Source of the DNA: Parvularia atlantis
Lineage: Eukaryota
Direction: 5' to 3'
Length of the DNA: 33,919 nt
NCBI GenBank assembly: GCA_943704415.1
Contig: CALSCO010001704.1
Span: 1 to 33,919, forward strand
Each line of letters starts with the position of its first letter. Position 1 is the first letter of the stretch. The translations under genes were made by a program, and so were the position numbers. Under the pieces are notes generated by a model. It saw nothing but the letters and a program-made list of their open reading frames with translations, was not told the DNA's origin and made no database searches. This document shows positions 26,253 to 33,919 of this stretch, piece by piece.

Positions 26253-27835
26253 ATGCTGTCGCCACGCGCCGCCGCGACGGGCGCGGCCGTGTTTGAGCTG
26301 AGCGACGTCCACGTCGACGCCGACGGCCACGACCACGCCGACAGCCACTACGACGACTCGACACTGCTGCTGCCGGGCCAGCCGGTGCGCGCACGTGGCG
26401 CGTGCGGGATCCGTGGCCGACAGCGCGACGGCGCGCGCAGGGCATGCCCGGCGACGCCAACTTGGACGCGGGCCTGCGCCGCAGCGGCAACGGGGCGGGC
26501 ACCGTCAGCAGCAGCAGCGCGAGCGCGAGCGGCAGCCGGGGCGGCAACGCGATAGGGCGGGTGCGCTGCTGCCGCTTATCCGCGCGGGCCTGACGCGCGC
26601 GCGGCACAGCTGCCGTCGTTCCTGGCCCGCGCCGGCCTGGCGCGCATGACCGTGGCCGCGGGCGACGAGCACCGCGCGCAGACGCTGCCGCGCCTGCCGA
26701 CGTACGACAGCGTGCAGGAAGGCGCGCTGTCCCCCTTTTGCGCGCCTCGTTGCGTGCGCCGACGTCGCGTGCAGGCGAGGAGCTTGTCGACAGCCAGAGC
26801 ACCGGCAGCTTAGCCAACGCCATCACCGACAAGGAGGTCACGCCGCTCGTGCACCTGTACCGGGCCGAGGCGCGTGCCGGTGGCGCCGCCTCGGCCCGGC
26901 AACTGACGATGGCTGCCGTGCGCAGGTCGGCCGGCTCACGTCGTACCGACGGCGCCTCGGTGCGGCGGCGGGCAAACGCGCGAGCACCAGGCGGCTGACG
27001 GTGCGCGCCCGCCGCAGACACGACAACCAACTGGACGGTGACGATCACGAGCGGGCTGGTCGCGTTCTCGCTCGGGTCAGCGACGACGCCGCACTACTTC
27101 TTCGCGTTCAGTGTGCCGCTGGCCGCGCTGGGCTGCACGGGCGGCGGGACTGACGCTGCGGCTGCGCGGCAGTCGTCGTGATGCAGCTGATCTTCTGCGC
27201 GATTGAGGCGCGCCGGCACAGTGCGTGCTCTTGCGCAACGTGGCCCTCACTGAACCACCCTTGCGCTCAGTCTACTACAAGTGCGCGCCGAGCACGCACA
27301 GCACGCTCGCGTCACCCGCTGACGCATCCCGCGCTGCGCCAGCCTTGTGCGCCACCGGTGCAGGCTGATGGAGCGCGGCATGTACGCGCACATCCTGGAC
27401 CCGATGGCGCCGTCGGCCAACTGGCGGCACCCGCTGCGGACGAGCTACCTCGACAACGCCAAGGTGGCTGGCTGCGGGCCTGCGTGCGCTCGCGCGAGTG
27501 CTTACGTGCCGTGGCGCCGCGCCAGCTGATGCCGTTCTGGCGCGCGTTCATGATCCGGATGAAGCGGTGCGTCCGGCGCACGCTTGCTTTGCACCAGGCA
27601 CGCTGAGCGTGGCCGTGCAGCAACTACTGCTACCTCATCCTGGCCGTGTACCTCGGGTGGCTGTTCAAGCTGCTGGCCGACGACAGCTTCATGTGTGTGA
27701 GGTTTGCCGCCCTTGGCCAGCTGGCTGAGCTGGGTGTCGCACAGGCTCGAGTTTTTCATCCCCGTGACGCTGGTCGAGCTGGCGTTCACGGCCTGGATCG
27801 TGCTCTTCTACCAGGACCAGAAGCTGGATGTCTGA
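26253..27835 (+). CDS. DUF2270-family integral membrane protein with N-terminal low-complexity extension, 12 exons
   Basis: Spliced core [104 protein letters not shown] follows the DUF2270 pattern I recall (HxYRxExxRxxxW/YRxRLDxTTNW, PH, EARR, RxxRNY, WxxK). TGA at 27833-27835. Confidence 0.85.
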
Positions 27836-27909
27836 TCCTGCAAGCGAGAAAAGTCTTATAGGTATTGTCTATGTCCATCGATTTTCACCGGTAGCACACC
27901 CCTTCGGTG

Positions 27910-27960
27910 GTGAGTAAGCGGATGTGGCGGAAGGCCACGAGGCGCTGAACGCCCTCACAG
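27910..27960 (+). other. Probable 5'-UTR intron of WDR43
   Basis: GTGAGT donor at 27910, CTGAAC branch-like site, CACAG acceptor ending at 27960; 51 nt long, ending 9 nt before the ATG. No open in-frame upstream coding exon. Confidence 0.55.
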
Positions 27961-27969
27961 CTCTGCGCC

Positions 27970-30900
27970 ATGGCATCGTCGCGGCTGGCGTGCTTCGACC
28001 CGGACCGGCTGTTCCTGGCCACGGTCACGCTGGACCACCGGCTCAAGGTCGTCTCGGTCGCGTCGGGCGCGCTGCTGTTCGACTACCAGGTGCGCGGTGC
28101 ACGCGCGCGCGCACGGCCCGTGACGGCGGGGGTGCGCCGCGACCGCAGAGCCGCGACCACCTGACCAACGGTGTCACGGCCATCGCATGGGGCAGCCTGA
28201 TGCTCGACAAGGCAACGGTGCAGCCCCTCACGCGCCCCCGCGCCCGGCTGACGCGCGCGCGCCGCGCAGGACCAGCAGCGCAAGCGCAAGAGCGACGCCA
28301 CGCCGCACACCGGCGCGCGCGTGCTCGCGCTCGGGTACAGTAGCGGTCGCATCACGCTGCTCAACGCGGCCAAGGGCGCCGTGCACAGCGAGATCGGCAG
28401 GTGCGGCGGCGCTGCTTCTGTGCCGCGCTTGCTCACGCGCGCGGGCCCCGCGCAGCGCCCACACGACCGCGGTGCGCGGCATCGCCTTCCACCCGGACAG
28501 CAGCGGCACGGCCTACTCGGGCAGCGACGACGGGCGCGTGGTCGAGTGGGACATGACGACCGCGTCCGAAAAGAGGTGCGTCGCGGCCTCGCAGGTCTGG
28601 CAGGTCTCGCTGAGACGGCGGGCGTGGCAGCTCGTGGGCCGCAGAGAAGAAGGGCCTGCTGTCGCTCGCGCTCATGCCCGACAAGGGCTACTTGCTCACG
28701 GCCAAGCACCAGATTAAGGTCTGGGACCTGGCCAGCAAGAAGCTGGTGAAGAAGTTCATCGGCCACGCGTCGACCATCAGCGGCCTGCGCCCGGTCGGCG
28801 GCGACTCGCCCGAGCTGTTTGTGTCATTCGCGGAGCAGGAGCGCTTCGTGAGCGTCTGGGATCTGGCGAGCGAGTCGCCCTCGGACGTGCACGCGGCCGT
28901 GGCCTGTGCGTGGCGACGCGCTCGGCCAGCGGGGCGCGCTGCTGACACGCCGCCGCGCAGCGCTCGTGGTCGACACGCAGCCGATCCAGCTCGAGGTCGT
29001 GTCGACGTCAGACAAGGCGCGTGCCGTGGCGCTGACTGCGCCGCGAAAGGCTCATGCACGCCCAGATGGTCCACGTGCTCGCGCTGGCTGAGGACGGCCT
29101 GCTGCACGTGTGGCAGCACGCGACCGGCGCCGCCGGCTCGGCCACGCCCAGAAAGCCGTCGGCGCTGATCAAGACGGCCGCGCGCCCCGCCTTCTCGCTA
29201 CGCTTCATGACGGCGCAGGCGAAGGGTGCGCGCTGCGGGCGTGTCGCATCGTTTTGCTGAAGCATCGAACGCGCGCCCGCGCAGACGCCAAGCCGATCGC
29301 ATGCCTCGCCGCGTCCTTTGTGCGCTCGCCGCAGGGCACCAGTCTGCTGGTGGCGCGCGGCGCCTCGCAGCGGCCGACGTTTGAGACACTGGTGCGTCGT
29401 TCACGGCGGCGCACGCGGAAGCTGAGAGCGACGCGCGCGCGTGTGGCGCAGAGCCTCGTCGACGACGCAACGGGCGAGCTGCGCTCGGGTCTGCAGGTGC
29501 TCACGCGCACGTTCAACGCTGGCATCCTGCTGGACCCGCAAAGCCGCCTCGACGCGTCCTCCCGGGCGGCGTCCGGCGCGGCAGCTATGGACGGCGTGAC
29601 CATTGCGCAAACGGGCGGCCGCTCGCTCGCCCGGCCCGGCATGAAGCCTGCGGTGCGCGCGGCCGGTGCGGGCGCACGCTTCGTTGGGCTCAACGCTTGC
29701 CCTTGCGCGCACAGGATGAGCTGTCATTGGCGGAGCAGCTGCAGAAGATCGAGCAGGTCGCCGCGGTCGCGCAGGAGCTCGAGCAGAGTGAGGACGACGG
29801 CACGCGCAAGCCCTTCCGCGCGCTCAACCTGCGCGCGGCGCTGCGGCAGCCGGCCAAGCTGAATCTGCCAAGCAGTGCGCGGCGCGTGCCGCAGCGTGTC
29901 GGCGCTGATGACGGGACGCAGGCGTGCCCAAGGCCGTGTCGCTGTCGACGATCCTCGCCCAGGCGCTCAACACGGACGACACGGCGCTGCTTGAGTCGTG
30001 CCTGGCCATCAGCGAGGTGCCTGTGGTGCAGGCGACGGTGCAACGGATGTCGACGAACCTTGTGGTGCCGTTCCTGCAGAAGGTGCGGGCGCGGCGTTTG
30101 TCCTCGAGCGCGGGGCTGACGCGGAAGGCGCAGGTAGTGCAGCTGCTCGCACGCACGCCCAACCGTGGCGCGTCGCTGTCGCTGTGGCTGCGCACTGTGC
30201 TCGCGAACCACACGGCGTATCTGATGACGGTGCCGCGCCTGATGGACAACCTGGGGCCCTTGTACGAGGTGCGGCGCGGGGCGCGGGCACGTGCTCGCCG
30301 TGACCGCCGCGCCCCGCGCAGATGATTGACAACCGCCTGGCCGTCTTCAAACGCCTGCTGCAGCTGTCGGGCCGGCTGGATCTGATCGTTCAGCAGGTGC
30401 GCGAGTGTGTGCGCGGCTGAGCCGGCGGCGTGCTGAGCGTGCCCGCGCCAGGTCGCCATTCGCCAGGCGCGCATGAAGCAGCTGAAGGAGCTGTCGTCAG
30501 GCATCGCGACCGCGGTCTACGAAGGCGCGCGCACACTTGGCGGTGTGCGAGCGGCCGGCTGACGGACGACACGCGCGGCGAAGCAGAGGGCGACCTGGTT
30601 GAGATCACGACGCGCGCCACACAGGCCAAGCAGGCCGCGGTGGTCAAGGACCTGCAAGCGACGGCGATCTCGGAGCGGCAGGCCCGGGCAACGTGCGTGG
30701 CCCATTCCGCGCGGGCTTGCATGCTCACACCCACGTGCAGCCTGAGCGTTGAGCGGACCAAGGCCGCACTGTTGCAGATGGCTCTCAAGGCGCGCGAGGC
30801 GGCTGCCGACGCGGTGCGCGTACTGTGTGCGCGTGTGGTGCCGCGAGCCTCATGCGCGCATGTGCGCCCGGCGCAGACAAACCAGGGCATGCTGGGGCCG

Positions 30901-31510
30901 ATCTCCGAGCCGGAGCCGCAGGGGCGACCGGGCGGCGGTGCATGCACGGGCGAGCGACCGCTGCGGGCTGACGGTACGCCGCAGACGTTGAGGACGGAGA
31001 TCAGGATGGCGACGACGGCGACGGCGACGATGACGACGACGCGGGCGACATGGAGGACGACGAGGACGAGGACGAGGGCTACATCACCGCCAAGCACGGC
31101 CTGTTTGGGCTGATGCAAGAAGACGACGCGGCGCCTACCAAGCCAAGTGCGCCTCATGTTGAGCACACCGCTCGCTGTAAACTGACGCCTCCCTCCCTTG
31201 CGTGGCAGACGGAATGGTCAATGGCATGCACGCGCAACTTCCTAATGGGCACGCGCACGACGAAGACTACGAGGACGACGACGAGGACGACGAGGCAGCG
31301 CACAAGGCGCCGCGGCAAGGCAAGGGGCAGGCGGCGCGGGCGAGCAACGGGACGCGGCCAGCCACCCGCTCGCGTGGCGCGGGGTCACAGCCTGCCGAGT
31401 CTGCGCCCGCAACGCCGGCACCTAAGACGCCTCGCGGTAAGACCGCTCCGGTGCCGAGCACGCCAAGCACGATCAGCACGCGCTCGTCGAAACGCAAGCA
31501 GGGGTCGTGA
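27970..31510 (+). CDS. WDR43: WDR43/Utp5 small-subunit processome component (WD40 + Utp12 domain + acidic/basic tail), about 19 exons
   Basis: N-terminal WD40 (FLATVTLDHRLKV, VTAIAWG, LALGYSSGRI, YSGSDDGRVVEWD, IKVWDL..KKFIGHAS). Utp12/Dip2 domain (SLSTILAQALNTDDTALLESCL, VVQATVQRM, WLRTVLANHTAYL, RLAVFKRLLQLSGRLDLI). Asp/Glu-rich tail and basic end KRKQGS*. Confidence 0.9.
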
Positions 31511-31544
31511 GTGCAGTTTGCAGGCAGATAACGAAAAGTTCGCG

Positions 31545-33601
31545 TCATGACACCGGCAGCCATTCGAGCCCTGAGGGCCGAGCTACCGCTGCCGTTGCCG
31601 TGGCCGCCGCGTGGCCAAAATCGTGCACGACCTGGTGCGCGTGCGCGACGCAGTCGTTGATGCCCGCGGCCTTGTACGACGACCCTGCGGGCGCCGTTAG
31701 TTGTTGCGCTGCAGCCGTTGCAGGCCTTGCCGCACCCAGGACGCTCAGGCGGCCGTGCCACTGCGGGCGGCGCAGGGCATCGCGCACGCGCGCCAGACGC
31801 TCCCAGTGGCCGACCGTGTACTGTGCGATGCACTTGCGCAGCACGTGCACGTCGACGTGGGTGGGCGCGGCGTCGATGCCGAGATGCTGCCAAGCGGGTA
31901 AGCCCACGCCTACACGCCACACACGGTCAACACAGCCGCGGCGCACCGTGCGCAGCACCGCCAGGGCGCGCTCGGCAAGGACGCCGCGGTCGACCGCGTC
32001 GGGATCGCCGAAGCGCTCGCGGAACATGTGCCCGCCCATCATCAGCGTCAGCCGCGTGACGTTGGCGCCGCTGCGGACGGAGTCGTTCAGGCGCCCAGCG
32101 GCTCCGAATGGCCGCACCTGTCCTGCTCTGGGAACGAGCACGAGTCGAAGATGACGCCGAGGGCGTCCGACCGCTCCGACGACGGCACCAGGTAGCCAAA
32201 GCCCCTGATTTGACTCGGCTCACGTCAGACAGCGGGCAGGCCGCATCGCGCAGCAGACGCACCACACAGGCAGCACGCCCTTGCGCGCAAAGACGACGTT
32301 GGCGACCGCGACGTCGGTGAACGGGATGGCCTGCAAGTGCGCTGTGTTTGCGGCGCATTGTTGGCTAGGAGGCGCTGCGCGAGGCGTGGGCGCACCGGCG
32401 AGGTCGGCGTCGGCGGCAGCGACAGTCGGCGCCAGGGCGTGCGCGGGCAGGCAGCTGAAGACGTGCTCGGCGCGCACAGTCTCGCCGTCCTGCGTGTGCA
32501 CCTGGCCGCGCGCGTGTGAGGGGGAGCTGGGCGGCCACGCTCGCGCCTGTGCGCACGGCAACGGTCGCGTCGTCGTCTGCCGCGTCGATGCGCGTGCAGC
32601 GATGCCCGTCGCCTGCCAGCACGCGCACGTTCGGCAAGTGACGCAGCCGCTCCGCGAGCCCTGCGAAGCGGCGGTGTGAACGTGCGCTTGAGACGGAGGC
32701 GCTGGCGTGCGTGCCTTGCGCGAGCGTCCCTAGGCCGTCGCTGAAGGAGAACATGCGCCCGTGCTTGACCGCGTACTGCACGGTGGGCGAGCGCGGCTGG
32801 CCGGCGGCAAAGTCGCTGGCGAAGGCCGTCGTGCCAAGATCGACCGGGCGGCGCGGGAAGAGTGCGCCGAGGACGATGCTGCCGCGATCGCGCTCGGCCG
32901 CCCAGAGCGCGGGGAAGCAGGCGCGCAGGCTGAGCTGGGCGATGCTGCCGGCGAAGATGCCGTGGGCGAGCGGGTCGAGCAGGTTATCGGCCACGCTCGG
33001 CCCGAGGCGGCGCACGGCAAAGTCGCGGATCGACTCGTCGCGCGCTGGGTCGCCGCGCGGGCGGAGCGGCTCGCGCAGCACAGCGCCGACGAGGCCACGC
33101 GTGAGCGGCGTGGCGCGGCCAAAGAGCAGCTGCAGCAGCCCGGCCGGCAGCCGATGCAGACACCCGTCGCGCAGCACGAAGCGCGACGTCACACCCGGGT
33201 TGCGCGCGTCGGCCACGAGCATCGCGTCGCCTAGGCCGAGCTCGTCAACCTTTGTGCGGCGTCGCGCCCCCGTAAGCCGGTGCCGGGGCGTAAGCGCGCG
33301 CACTCACCAGCCGCAGCGTGTGCCGCCCGTGGCCTGCCGTGCGCAGCGATCGCGGCCCGAGCTCGGCCAACGAGCCATCCTGCTCTCACCCAGCGGGGGG
33401 GAGGGGGGAGGGGGGCTCAGCCGCACGCGAGCGCGCAGCACGCGCGCGACGCACGGGCAGGCGGCGGCTGTCGATCCAGCCACCCACTCTGGCGCTGCCC
33501 TCAAGCAGCACGACGCGGTGTCGGACCGCGCCGCGCGTGGCCAGGAAGTAGGCCGTCGCAAGGCCGGTGATCCCGCCGCCGATCACCGCGACTGTGGACA
33601 C
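31545..33601 (-). CDS. PPOX: Protoporphyrinogen oxidase (HemY/PPOX type), 9 exons; start codon unresolved (GTG where ATG is expected)
   Basis: FAD-binding [123 protein letters not shown] at 31547-31545. The frame opens GTG-TCC-ACA with an in-frame TAG eight codons upstream. Confidence 0.93.
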
Positions 33602-33919
33602 CTTTTCGCACTGTACGTAGGCCTATGAAGCAAAGTACCGAGTCACAGTGTGGGCCAAAGAACAGATCTATCTATATCATGGCAGAGAGTCTCTCCATTT
33701 TCTCTTTTCCGTCTGCGCACTCTGCTCCAGTGAGCGATTCCGCTTTGTTTGCTTTTGCACAAAAAATGTTTGCAATTCGGCTTTACAGGTGCGTCTACTG
33801 AGTGCGCGCCTTGTGTCTTTCCAACCGTGGCATGATGAACCATTATGCTATTCTGATCTGCAAACATGTCTGCATCAACGACCACACACGTGTTCCTATC
33901 AGGCAAGGAGATCCGCAAG
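33602..33919. other. Terminal low-GC segment (~48% GC) of unknown nature
   Basis: Hand count 152 G+C in 319 nt (33601-33919), against roughly 70% in the rest of the window. The shift is abrupt, and I recognise no protein or element in it. Confidence 0.6.

Noticed and set aside
33643..33918. 91-aa - strand ORF, and a + strand frame containing CFCTKNVCN (three-finger-like motif)
   Set aside because: Neither has a recognisable domain, proper start or signal peptide, and both are short enough to be chance.

Overview
This window is very GC-rich eukaryotic nuclear DNA (roughly 70% GC by eye, not computed) from a compact, intron-dense genome. The gene content suggests a unicellular Amorphea-type protist, possibly an amoebozoan; that placement is inference. 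The supplied six-frame ORFs are mostly exon fragments or GC-driven shadow ORFs. Splicing by hand gives 12 genes with about 150 short introns (mostly ~46-81 nt; donor GTGCG[C/T], branch site CTGAC/CTCAC, acceptor mostly GCAG). In order: a 3'-truncated 7TM receptor (-), CRT10-like WD40 (-), AGFG-type ArfGAP (+), PP1 catalytic subunit (-), ERMP1-like M28 membrane peptidase (-), PEX1 (+), Dst1/SIK1-like STE20 kinase (+), RUN/coiled-coil protein (-), CH-CH-helix-DH-PH RhoGEF (+), DUF2270 membrane protein (+), WDR43/Utp5 (+) and protoporphyrinogen oxidase (-). I saw no RNA genes, CRISPR arrays or recognisable mobile elements. The most unusual signals are: head-to-head genes with predicted start codons only 18 and 24 bp apart; converging stops 25 and 34 bp apart; an excess of GC-AG introns (7 firm, 3 ambiguous); an intron-rich copy of the mainly prokaryotic DUF2270 family; a 7TM protein resembling the plant RGS1 receptor domain; and an abrupt drop to ~48% GC exactly where the PPOX ATG should be. 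All family assignments come from motif recognition from memory, not database searches, and exon boundaries are manual predictions.
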